Position numbers and translations under genes: made by a program. Of a DNA stretch of 64,000 bases, positions 9,233 through 21,281 are shown piece after piece. The DNA lies in the NCBI GenBank assembly GCA_964016885.1, contig OZ024742.1, positions 1,736,001-1,800,000 on the forward strand. Reading direction: 5' to 3'. The DNA is from Eledone cirrhosa (taxonomy: Eukaryota). The notes beneath the pieces are model-generated. The model was not told the origin of the DNA. It saw only the letters and a program-made list of their open reading frames with translations, and did no database searches. Numbering within the stretch: position 1 is the stretch's first letter; every line of letters starts with the position of its first letter.

Positions 9233-11337
9233 CATCATCATCATCATCATCATCATCAACGTTTAACGTCCGTGTTCCACGCTTGCATGGGTTTGGACGG
9301 GGGTAGTCCCACTTGAGGCAAGAGTGATTGTCTTGCTCGCATAGGACTGTCTGGCAGGTTTTCTACAGTTGGATGCCCTTCCTAACACCAACCACATTTA
9401 CAGTGTGGGTCTGGGAGGTTTTTACCGTGTTGCCTACACGGCCACATTACAGCGTGGACTGTGTGTTTTTTTGTCGTGACACCTACACGATCTCGTTTGT
9501 TTCGGCCTGGATGGCGTGGCACCAACATAACTTTACATGGAACGGGGTGGTGTGGATGGGGTGGGGGTGGTGGCGGGACGGGGTGTAGTTTGTTAGAGAT
9601 GCCTACTGGCAAGGCGGGTCTTCTCTGTTACTGAGTACCGCCAAAGGTCACGGTCCAGTGACATTGTCTTGGAGAGGTGTAAGTGTGTGAGGTCGGAGTT
9701 TATCAGCTCATCCCATGTTTTTCTAGGTCTGCCTATTCCGTGGCTACCGTCTATCTTTATTGCCCTGCACTTTGTAATACAGCTATCGACTTTCATGCGC
9801 ATCACGTGTCCATACCAACGCAGCCTTCTCTCGAGTAAACAACATCTGATCCCTCTTATCTCTAATTTTTTCCTTAGTTCGTTTATGCTTTGCCGTTCAC
9901 GTATATTACTGTTACACATCCAGCGGAGCATGCAAGCTTCGTTCCTCTCTAGTCTGCGTATATCCTCTGCACACAATGCCCAGGTCTCACTACCATGCAA
10001 CATTGCTGTTCGTATGCAGGCATCGTACAACCTGCCTTTCATTTTTAGGGAGAACCCTTTAGCAGCTAATAGTGGTATAAGCTCTCTGAACTTTTTCCAA
10101 CCAGTTCTGACTCTAGCTACAGTACTTTCAGAGCACCCTCCCCCACTGCTGATTTTATCGCCCAGGTAACGGAAGCTGTCCACTATTTCTATAGAACCCT
10201 CTGCGCAATTGAAAGAGCTAGTATTTTGTGGGCACTTGCTGCTACTTATTGCACCAGAACACCGGCCACATGTAAAGTCTATGTTCTTAGTTAGCTTACC
10301 TGTGATCCCACTACATCTTTTATGCACCCATACTTTGCATTTAGGACATAAGATGGAGTTTCTACCTACGCCTTTCCTACATACCGAGCACGACCATTTC
10401 CCAGAAGGGACCGCCGCCTTGTTTTCTTTCCTACAAACTAGAACTTTGGTCTTAGCCAGGTTAATTTTAAGTCCTTTTGACTCTAGGCCGTGCTTCCATG
10501 TTTGGAATTTCTTCTCTAGCTCGGCCATTGATTCCGCTATGAGTGTCAGGTCGTCTGCGTATAGGAGTTCCCATGGGCAGCCTGTCTTGAACTCCTCTGT
10601 TATAGCCTGAAGGGCAATAATAAATAGTAGGGGGCTGAGAACAGAGCCCTGATGGACGCCAACTTTTACGCTAAACTCTTCACTATATTCGTTGTTAATT
10701 CTAACCTTGCTGACTGTTTCTTTATACATGGCTTGTATAGCCCTCACAAGCCATTCGTCAACGCCTAGTTTTCTAAGAGCCCACCAGATAATGGAGCGGG
10801 GGACTCTGTCGAAGGCTTTCTCCAAGTCGACAAAAGCTAAGTAGAGGGGTTTACCTTTAGCTAGGTACTTCTCCTGTAGTTGTCGTACTATGAAAAGAGC
10901 GTCTGTGGTGCTTTTGCCTGACACAAACCCGAACTGCATTTCATCTAGATCAATTCTCTCTCTGATTAGTTGCGCTATTACTTTTTCCGTGACCTTCATG
11001 ACCTGGTCGATTAATTTAATGCCTCTATAGTTACTCCTATCTAGGGCGTCTCCTTTACCCTTATAACAATTAACGATGATGCTGCTATGCCAGTCCTTCG
11101 GAACAACCCCATTCTGTACGACTTGGTTAACTATGCGGGTGACCATGGTGTGTCCCACCGTGCCAGATGCCTTCAGCATCTCAGCAACTATTTCCGAAGG
11201 CCCAGCCGCCTTACCAGTCTTCATATCCTTGATTGCCTTACTTATTATACTCCCCTCGACTAACACTGCTGGTCCCTCTATCGGGTCGATATGGGGGAGA
11301 CTGTCTTTCTCCCATTTATTCTCCTCATTTAGTAGCC
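9233..11337 (-). mobile_element. RTE-clade LINE, 5'-truncated, with uninterrupted RT plus PHD ORF (9593-11337)
   Basis: NYRGIKL, QFGF, AFVDLEKAFD, GVHQGSVLSP, LLYADD, FRYLG, RRLRWYGHV; (GAT)n tail; about 580 codons without a stop. Confidence 0.95.
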
Positions 11338-12578
11338 TACGTACATACATATATGTATACAGACGTACAGTAGTATGTATATATATATATACATGCACAC
11401 ATATATATATGTACGTATGGATTCACCAAACATTTATTATAATGCTCGGTGTGTTTGTAAACAAACATCCTGAATTAAGCCGTACAGTGTTTAGCAACCA
11501 TCATTGCCCTTTTGTTCAACACCGACAAAGGCTGAGTGTGTGTATGTGGGGATACGCACATGTGTGTTTGTGTTTATATGTGGTGTGGATGTAGGTGGCG
11601 TGGTTCGAAAATAATGTGTTTGTTGGTGTGTATGTTCCTAAGGTATTTCCATGGAGGGTGAGACGAGATGTTGGAGATTCCACGTGTCGTAGAATGGAGA
11701 GCTGGAACGATGACCGGTGGTGTGAAATCCTGGTGTGGTAGTGCAGTAGTGCAGTAGTGCGGAAGTGGAGAGATGTGGGGTACGCGTGCAACAGGAAGTG
11801 GTCAGAGGGTCAAGGCAGGGTGAAGAGATAGCAGTAGAGGAGGATGACAGGTAAAGAAAGGGTCTGTATGTGGTGTGGACTGTGTGTCTGTGTGTGCGGA
11901 GGTGCGGTGGACAGGGGAGAGGATGGGTAGGAGGGAGAAGGTGGTGGTGTGGGAGGATGGTGTGTATATTAGTGGAGGTGTTAGTGGGATGTGTGTGTGA
12001 GGGCGTGTAGGAAATATATATAAATATATTAATAAAAAAATATTGTGGGCCATATTCAGTTGATTCAGGTTTATTTAAAACTCTGTTATACATATTTTTA
12101 TATGTTATACATTTTTAAAAATATACCTAACTGTACTGAGGATTTCACACATTTCCTACATATATATATATGGGAAAATGTTTAACCCCGACAGCAGAGC
12201 TCAAGCCGTTTTGACGGCTATTTCTTTACTAAATTAGAATTTTTAACGTGGTAATAAATAGCCGAACTTTTCAAGGGGTAATTCCTTATATGGGAAGATT
12301 TTAGTTGTCAAAAGGATTGGTCAAAATTTCTTGTAAGCACAATTAAATCTTTCATGGCAGTGGGTGGGTGAACTTGCCTGTAGAACAATGAAGGAGTGGG
12401 TGGAGCTGGTCAAGTGTTGAAAGTGAATTCTATGCAGCAAATTCTAAGGAGTGTGGATGAAACTAGGCTGGCTAGAAAGGAGGCGAAAAAGGATACGGAG
12501 AGTGGGACGTTATAGAATTAAATAGTTAATAAATTGGTGCATTATGGTCCATGTGGTTCCTTACCACACTTCCTTCGT

Positions 12579-12622
<44 letters not shown>

Positions 12623-12814
12623 TATATAATTGCGAAACAGTTCTACCCAAAGCTGTCTGGATGTTGATAGTTATCATAAATCGGTTTGTAATTCTTAATT
12701 TATCTTTTTAATTGAGTCTTGAGAATCGTATTATCCTTAGTTAGTATTTTCTTCACCCTGGCGGTTTATGTCCATTGTGATTTGAACACATATATGTATA
12801 TATCTGTATATAAA

Positions 12815-13337
12815 TCATCATCATCATCATCATCACCGTTTTACGTCTGTTATTCCACGCTAGCATGGGTTAGACGGGTTGTCCTGTTGTGGGCAGTGTC
12901 TGGTCGGCTGACCATGCCTTGCTCATACAGGAACTGATTTGGGTTGATTTCTACAGCTGAATGCTCTTCCTAACACCAACCTCATTTACAGTGAGTGCTG
13001 GGTGCTTTTTCGTGGCGCCTACACGTCCACTTTACAGTGTGGGCTGGGTGCTTTTTTGCCATGGCACCTCCACGACCACCTTGCAGTGGGAGGGTGTGGG
13101 GGTATATTGTCTATATGCTTCAGCTTGTACCCATGGGAGGTCGGGTACTCTGTATTACTGCGTGACGCCAGAGATCACGGTCGTAATTGGGTAAGGTCGG
13201 CTTTTATCACCTCATCCCAGGTCATCTTGGGTCTCCCCACTCCGCGGTTTCCATCGACTTCTAGTGCTCTGCACCTTTAAATGCAGCTGTCATCCTTCAA
13301 ACGCATCACATGTCCATACCAACGCAACCGCCTCTCA
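12815..13337 (-). mobile_element. RTE LINE 3' fragment
   Basis: Reverse complement of the 248-815 type fragment, with (CAT)n tail at 12815-12835. Confidence 0.88.
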
Positions 13338-13419
13338 AATATATGTATATATATGTATATAAATATATATATACATATATATGTATATATATGTATATAA
13401 ATATATGTATATAAATGTA

Positions 13420-14193
13420 GTACCACCAATCTCTGGGAGGGCCCTGTAGAAACAGTAGACAGCTTCTGCTACCTAGGTGACCGAATTAGCAACGGAGGTG
13501 GGTGCTCAGAAAGTACAATAACTAGGGTAAGAACGGGATGGAAGAAGTTTAGGGAACTACTACCACTGCTAGCTGCAAAAGGCTTCTCCCTCAGAATGAA
13601 AGGCAGACTGTATGATGCGTGTATCCGAACAGCGATGTTGCATGGTAGTGAGACCTGGGCGCTGAAGGTGGAAGACTTACGTAGATTAGAGAGAAACGAA
13701 GCCTGCATGCTCCGATGGATGTGTAACAGTAATATACGTGAACGACAATGCATTAAGGAATTGAGAGAGAGACTGAGCATAAGAGGAATCAAATGCTGCG
13801 TGCAGGAGAGGCGGTTACGCTGGTATGGACATGTGATGCGTATGAAGGATGACAGCTGCATAAAAAGGTGCAGAGCACTAGAAGTTGATGGAAACTGCGG
13901 AGTGGGGAGACCCAAGATGACTTGGGATGAGGTGATAAAAGCCGACCTTACCCAACTACACCTCTCAAAGTCAATGACACACGACCGTGACTTCTGGCGT
14001 CACGCAGTAATACAGGGTACCCGACCTCCCATAGGTACATGCTGAAGCATATAAACAATATGCCCCCCCCCACCGCAAGGTGGTCGTGGAGGTGCCACGG
14101 CAAAAAAGCACCCACAACAGGACAACCCGTCTAACCCATGCTAGCGTGGAAGAACGGACGTAAAACGGTGATGATGATGATGATGATGATGAT
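13420..14193 (+). mobile_element. RTE LINE 3' fragment with internally deleted 3' UTR
   Basis: KGRLYDACIRTAMLHGSETW...RRLRWYGHV; (GAT)n tail. Confidence 0.9.
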
Positions 14194-14218
14194 GTATATA
14201 TATATATATATATACATA

Positions 14219-14231
<13 letters not shown>

Positions 14232-14255
<24 letters not shown>

Positions 14256-15921
14256 GACAACTACAGGAGAAGTACCTAGCTAAATGTAAATCCCTATACT
14301 TAGCTTTTGTCGACTTGGAGAAAGCCTTTGACAGAGTGCCCCGCTCCATTATCTGGTGGGCGCTTAAAAAACTAGGTGTTGATGAATGGCTTGTGAGAGC
14401 TATACAAGCCATGTATAAAGAAACAGTCAGCAAGGTTAGAATTAACAACGAATATAGTGAAGAGTTTAGCGTAAAAGTTGGTGTTCATGAGGGCTCCGTT
14501 CTTAGCCCCCTACTACTTGTAATTGCCCTTCAGGCTATAACAGAGGAGTTCAAGACTGGCTGCCCATGGGAACTCCTATACGCAGATGATCTAACGCTCA
14601 TAGCTGAACCAATGGCTGAACTAGAGAAGAAATTCTAAACATGGAAGCATGGCCTAGAATCAAAAGGCCTTAAAGTTAACTTGTCTAAGACTAAAGTTCT
14701 AGTTTGTAGGAAGGAAAATAGGGCACCGGTCTCATCTGGGAAATGGCCATGCTCAGTGTGTAGGAAAGGAGTAGGCAGAAACTCCATTTTATGTCCCAAA
14801 TGCAAAGTATGGGTGCATAAAAGATGTAGTGTGATCACAGGTAAGCTAACTAAGAATATAGATTTTATATGTGGCCGGTGCTCTGGTGCAATAAGTAGCA
14901 GCAAGTGCCCACAGAATACTAGGTCATTCCATTGCACAGATGGCTCTATAGAAATAGTGGGCACCTTCCGTTACCTGGGTGACAAAATCAGTAGTGGGGG
15001 AGGGTGCTCTGCAAGTACAGTAGCTAGAGTCAGAATGGGATGGAAAAAGTTCAGAGAGCTTATACCACTATTGGCCACTAAAGAGTTCTCTCTAAAAATG
15101 AAAGGCAGGCTGTATGATGCCTGCATACGAACAGCAATGTTACATGGCAGTGAGACATGGGCCTTGTGTGCAGAGGATATACGCAGACTGGAGAGAAACG
15201 AAGCTTGCATGCTCCGCTGGATGTGTAATAGTAATATACGTGAATGGCAAAGCATAAACGAACTAAGGGAGAATTTAGGAATAAGAGGGATCAGATGTTG
15301 TTTACTCGAGAGAAGACTATGTTGGTATGGTCACATGATGCGCATGAAAGACGACAGCTGTATAAAAAAGTGCAAGGCGATAAAAATAGACGGTAGCCAC
15401 GGAGTAGGCAGTCCCAGAAAAACCTGGGACGACTTGATAAATTCCGACCTCACACACTTACACCTCTCCAAGACAATGTCACTCGACCGAGATCTTTGGC
15501 GCTACACAGTAATAGAGAAGACCCGCCTTACCTAAGTACAAAGCGAAACCTACAGTCAGTAGGCACCTCTAACAAAATACACCCCCGTCCCACTACCCCC
15601 ACCCCATCCACACCACCCCCTTAAATGTAAAGTTATGTTGGTACCACAACATTCAGTCCGAAACAAATGTGGTCGTGTAGGTGTCACAACAAAAAAAAAC
15701 ACACAGTCCATGCTGTAATGTGGCCGTGTAGGTAACATGGTAAAAACCTCCCAGTCCACACTGTAAATGTGGTTGGTGTTAGGAAGGGTATCCAGCCGTA
15801 GAAAACCCGCCAGACAGTCCTATACGAGCAGGACAACAAATCTTGCCTCAAGTGGGAAAACACCCCTCCAAACCCATGCAAGCATGGAAGATGGACGTTA
15901 AATGATGATGATGATGATGAT
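14232..15921 (+). mobile_element. RTE LINE, 5'-truncated RT/PHD pseudogene (in-frame stop at 14636-14638)
   Basis: Same family as 9233-11337, in the opposite orientation. Confidence 0.93.
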
Positions 15922-16411
15922 ACATATATTTATATACATATATATATATATATATATAATTCAAGAAAGAAGAATGACATGGTTTGCTATACAATAAGGG
16001 CTTTATTCACATTGCTGACAATTGTTTCTTTGATCAGGTAGGTCTAGAGTTCGCTACTCGCTTGATGCTGCGTCAATCGATCCCCAATACTTTGTTTATA
16101 ACCAGTCGTTTTCATCAGAGCGTGCGATATCCTGTTATCCCATATATATATATATATAGCTGGTGAGGATGTCATATAGATATTCTATATTTAGGTGTGA
16201 CTGATCTAAAGTTTAGCTTTCAGAATTTCAGTGTAAATACTTTAAAATTAAATTTGAGGAAATTCTTTTTAAAATCACATTTGTTTTTTTAGTTTTTCTG
16301 TTAATATTTTTACGTATAAAAATAAATTTAAATTCTTTTTCAACTTTTTCGATATTATGAATATTACTTTGGCTTTTTTTTTCTCTGTTAAATATTTATG
16401 TTGGTTTTATA

Positions 16412-16610
16412 TACACCCAGTACACCCTGTAAAGTTGTAGTGCTGGTGCCACAATAAAATACACCCAGTACACTCTGTAAAGTGGTAGTACTGGCACCAT
16501 GATTAAATACACCCAGTACACTCTGTAAAGTGGTAGTGCTGGTACTTTAAATACACCCAGTACACTCTGTAAAGTGGTAGTGCTGGTACTTTAAATACAC
16601 CCAGTACACT
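16412..16610. repeat. Short tandem array of about 44-bp SINE-derived unit (ACACCCAGTACACTCTGTAAAGTGG...)
   Basis: Four to five copies; unit resembles the SINE body segment CACCCAGC.CACACTGTAAAGTGG. Confidence 0.7.
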
Positions 16611-17593
16611 AAGACAGGACATCTCTTTAGAAGATGCTGTGACAGCTTGATACATCAGTCACTATAATGTTTGGACTCTGTTTATAATCCTGAAGTAACA
16701 GACACCCAAGGAGACACACACATACACACCCACATGTGTGCACACAGACAGTCACCCACGTGTGTGCACACACACACACACAGTCATCCACATGTGTGTG
16801 CACACACACACAATCATCCACATGTGTGTGCACACACACACACACACACACACTCACCCACATGTGTGCACACACACATTCACCCACATGTGTGCACACA
16901 CACAGGCACACAGCCACCCACATGTGCACACACACACACAGGCACACACACACACGTGAATTTAATTGGAGATACTTTTGTTAAATATTTTGGACATATG
17001 GAAGGCTATCATCACATCCCCTACTTCCAGGGCTCTGTTTTACAACCTGTGCCGCTCTCCCTTTTTTATTCAGTTCTTATTAATCCTAAAGGCACCAAGA
17101 GCTGTCCCCTCCCACATAACCACCACCACCACCACCACCACCACCACAAGCCACTAACAGCTACCACCCACCACCAATCTCCAAGACAGTAAAAGTTGTC
17201 CCCCCCCCTCCCCCAATCACAAAGGTACCACTAACAACTTTTACCCCTCACCCTTTCCAAACTTCGAAGACAACACTTCCATTCCTGTCCAGCAGCCTCC
17301 ATTAGACTTTAGCCCTCTCCAGCGCCATAAGCACTTTTTCTATCAGTTCTTTGGTGTATTTAAGGTTCTCTAGCCCTTAAATGCTAACCTTCTCCCACAT
17401 CTAAAATATATCAATGGTCCCACACCAACCTTTCATATTAATGGTCCCATATTTAAGGTTCTCCAGTCTTTAAATGCCCACCTTTATTCCACCTCCTCCT
17501 AAAATATATAAATGGTATATTGACAGCAGCTAATTTCTAGGAATGTTTTAGCTATTATATTTTATACTTTTTCTTACTTGTGGTCCTCTTTAT

Positions 17594-17937
17594 TGCATGG
17601 CTATCATCTCTCTGGTCAGTTGGGGGTCACTGCATGGCTATCATCTCTCTGGTCAGTTGGGGGTCACTGCATGGCTATCATCTCTCTGGTCAGTTGGGGG
17701 TCACTGCATGGCTATCATCTCTCTGGTCAGTTGGGGGTCACTGCATGGCTATCATCTCTCTGGTCAGTTGGGGGTCACTGCATGGCTATCATCTCTCTGG
17801 TCAGTTGGGGGTCACTGCATGGCTATCATCTCTCTGGTCAGTTGGGGGTCACTGCATGGCTATCATCTCTCTGGTCAGTTGGGGGTCACTGCATGGCTAT
17901 CATCTCTCTGGTCAGTTGGGGGTCACTGCATGGCTAT
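17594..17937. repeat. 37-bp minisatellite, about 9 identical copies
   Basis: Unit TGCATGGCTATCATCTCTCTGGTCAGTTGGGGGTCAC. Confidence 0.95.
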
Positions 17938-18024
17938 CCCTACGCTGTCTCTCCATATCAAGCTTCTATGCTATATTGTTTTTCCTCCAGCTAATTTAAC
18001 ACACCACACATACACACACACACT

Positions 18025-18076
<52 letters not shown>

Positions 18077-18154
18077 TCCACACACACACATACATATATA
18101 CACACATACATATACACACATACACTCCACATTCATATACACACATACACTCCT

Positions 18155-18202
<48 letters not shown>

Positions 18203-19184
18203 ACATACATATATACACACATACACTCCACATACATATACACACACATACACTCCACATACATATACACACACATACACTCCACATACATATACACTCC
18301 ACATACATATACACACACTCCACAAACACATACACACTCCACACACACATACACACTCCACACACACATACACTCCACAGACACACACACACACACTCCA
18401 CAGACACACACACACATAAACATACACACCACACCACATACATATATACCACACGCAGACGTTTTGTATTTCAATGTAAGATGAGGTATTTCCCCCTCTA
18501 TTTCTCTTTCACCCCCCTCTCCCGCCATATTTCATCTCTCAACTATAGCTTGCTGTGTTTCGGGTCTCTACTCCTCAACCTTATAACACTTCACATTTTT
18601 ATTTTTATTTTGTATATTTTTTCATTAAATTTTTAAGTTAATTTTCTTTATTATTTTGTTTTATCTCTGATTAAAATATTTAGAAATAATAATAATAATA
18701 ATGTAAATTAACTGTTAACATCCTGTACCACACGAAACCACATTGGTATGACAAAGTACAGCACTATGACTGCATCACATCCAAAAGTGAAGTCTTTACT
18801 ACATATTTTCACAATGATCTGTCCACTAGTAAAGATACTATAAATATTTGAATTAATTCAACTAAATCACATTATGGAAGTTTTGACTCTTATACTATAA
18901 ATTATCGCAATGATCTGTCCATTAGTAAAGATACTATAAACATTGGATTCAGGAGCCGAAACCTGTTTAAAATATTTTCTGCTGAATGGTTACAGGATGT
19001 TAAGAGGCCGTGTAATATGTATAATGTAATGTTTAATATATTTCTTAAAGCTTTATTATGAATTTTTTGTATATTTAATTGTCTTTTTAAATTAAAACCA
19101 CTTTTCATTACATTCTGTGCAGTTAGCTGTGATATTTAAAACTGCTTTCATTTCATATTGTGTATTTAATGTGTGTATATGTGA

Positions 19185-20920
19185 GAAGGTGCATGGTTTA
19201 GTGGTTAGGGTGGTTGGCTTGCCGTTATAAGATCCTGGAATCCATTCCTAGCAGACCATTGCATCCTTGAGCAAGACACTTTATTTCACGTTGCTCCTGT
19301 CTACTGTGTCCTTGAGCAAGACTTTTTATTTCACGTTGTTCCAGTCCACTGTCCTTGAGCAAGACATTCTATTTCACGTTGCTCCAGGCCACTGTGTCCT
19401 TGAGCAAGACATTCTATTTCACGTTGCTCCAGTCTACTCTGTCCTTGAGCAAGACTTTTTATTTCACATTGCTCCAGTCCACTGTGTCCTTGAGCAAGAC
19501 ATTCTATTTCACGTTGCTCCAGTCCACTGTGTCCTTGAGCAAGACACTTTATTTCACGTTGCTCCAGTCCACTGTGTCCTTGAGCAAGACACTTTATTTC
19601 ATGTTGCTCCAGTCCACTGTGTCCTTGAGCAAGACACTTTATTTCACATTACTCCAGTCCACTGTGTCCTTGAGCAAGACACTTTATTTCATGTTGCTCC
19701 AGTCCACTGTGTCCTTGAGCAAGACACTTTATTTCATGTTGCTCCAGTCCACTGTGTCCTTGAGCAAGACACTTTATTTCACGTTGCTCCAGTCCACTGT
19801 GTCCTTGAGCAAGACACTTTATTTCATGTTGCTCCAGTCCACTGTGTCCTTGAGCAAGACACTTTATTTCACATTACTCCAGTCCACTGTGTCCTTGAGC
19901 AAGACACTTTATTTCATGTTGCTCCAGTCCACTGTGTCCTTGAGCAAGACATTCTATTTCACGTTGCTCCAGTCTACTCTGTCCTTGAGCAAGACTTTTT
20001 ATTTCACGTTGTTCCAGTCCTCTGTGTCCTTGAGCAAGACATTCTATTTCACGTTGCTCCAGTCCACTGTGTCCTTGAGCAAGACACTTTATTTCATGTT
20101 GCTCCAGTCCACTGTGTCCTTGAGCAAGACACTTTATTTCACGTTGCTCCAGTCCACTGTGTCCTTGAGCAAGACACTTTATTTCACGTTGCTCCAGTCC
20201 ACTGTGTCCTTGAGCAAGACACTTTATTTCACGTTGCTCCAGTCCACTGTATCCTTGAGCAAGACACTTTATTTCACATTGCTCCAGTCCACTGTGTCCT
20301 TGAGCAAGACACTTTATTTCATGTTGCTCCAGTCCACTGTGTCCTTGAGCAAGACACTTTATTTCACATTGCTCCAGTCCACTGTATCCTTGAGCAAGAC
20401 ACTTTATTTCACATTGCTCCAGTCCACTGTGTCCTTGAGCAAGACACTTTATTTCATGTTGCTCCAGTCCACTGTGTCCTTGAGCAAGACACTTTATTTC
20501 ATATTGCTCCAGTCCACTGTGTCCTTGAGCAAGACACTTCCTTTCATATTGCTAAAGTCTACTGTGTCCTTAAGCAAGACACTTTATTCCACGTTGCTCC
20601 AGTCCACTGTGTCCTTGAGCAAGACACTTTATTTCACATTGCTCCAGTCCACTGTGTCCTTGAGCAAGACACTTTATTTCACATTGCTCCAGTCCACTGT
20701 GTCCTTGAGCAAGACACTTTATTTCACATTGCTCCAGTCCACTGTTTCCTTGAGCAAGACACTTTATTTCACATTGCTCCAGTTTACTCAGCTGGAAATA
20801 ATGAGTTGTACCTGTAATTGAAAGGTCAGCTTTGTCACCTAGAATTGGTGTCACCGAGAACTATGTTTAGAATATACATGGTTTTGGAATGCTCAGCTAC
20901 TTGCACATTAATGGTCAGGT
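19185..20920 (+). repeat. SINE family 1 copy expanded by an internal 45-bp tandem array (about 34 copies, 19262-20785)
   Basis: tRNA-like head at 19185-19255; unit TTGAGCAAGACACTTTATTTCACGTTGCTCCAGTCCACTGTGTCC; SINE body resumes at 20781. Confidence 0.9.
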
Positions 20921-21281
20921 TATTCCATTAATCAGACAACTGGAAGTCTTGCTGCTACTGACTGAGGTCCAACTGTGTCAGTGTGTGAGTGCGACGTGTG
21001 AGTGTGACGTGTGTGACTTGTGGTAGTGTGTGGGACATGTGTGTGTGGCAGTGTGTGGGACATGTGAGTGTGACGTGTGTGTGACATATCTGTGTGTCTT
21101 GTGGTAGTGTGTGTGTGTGATATGTGTGAGTGTGACATTTGTGACGTGTGTGTGTGCGCGCGCAGTATATGTGTGTGTGTGATGTATGTGTGAGTGTGCA
21201 GTATGTGTGTGTGAACTTTAATTTTGTGTTTCATTTATTTAAAACTGTCTTATTTTTTACCTGCTAATGTAAAAAAAGCCC

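Noticed and set aside
11530-12093. GT-rich block with minus-strand ORFs up to 151 aa
   Set aside because: Low complexity with no recognisable domain; probably part of an unclassified repeat
16627-18528. Many His/Thr- and Cys/Val-rich ORFs
   Set aside because: (CA)n microsatellites and a 37-bp minisatellite
19267-20821. 516- and 488-aa repetitive ORFs
   Set aside because: Products of a 45-bp SINE-derived tandem repeat; no ATG start or splice context
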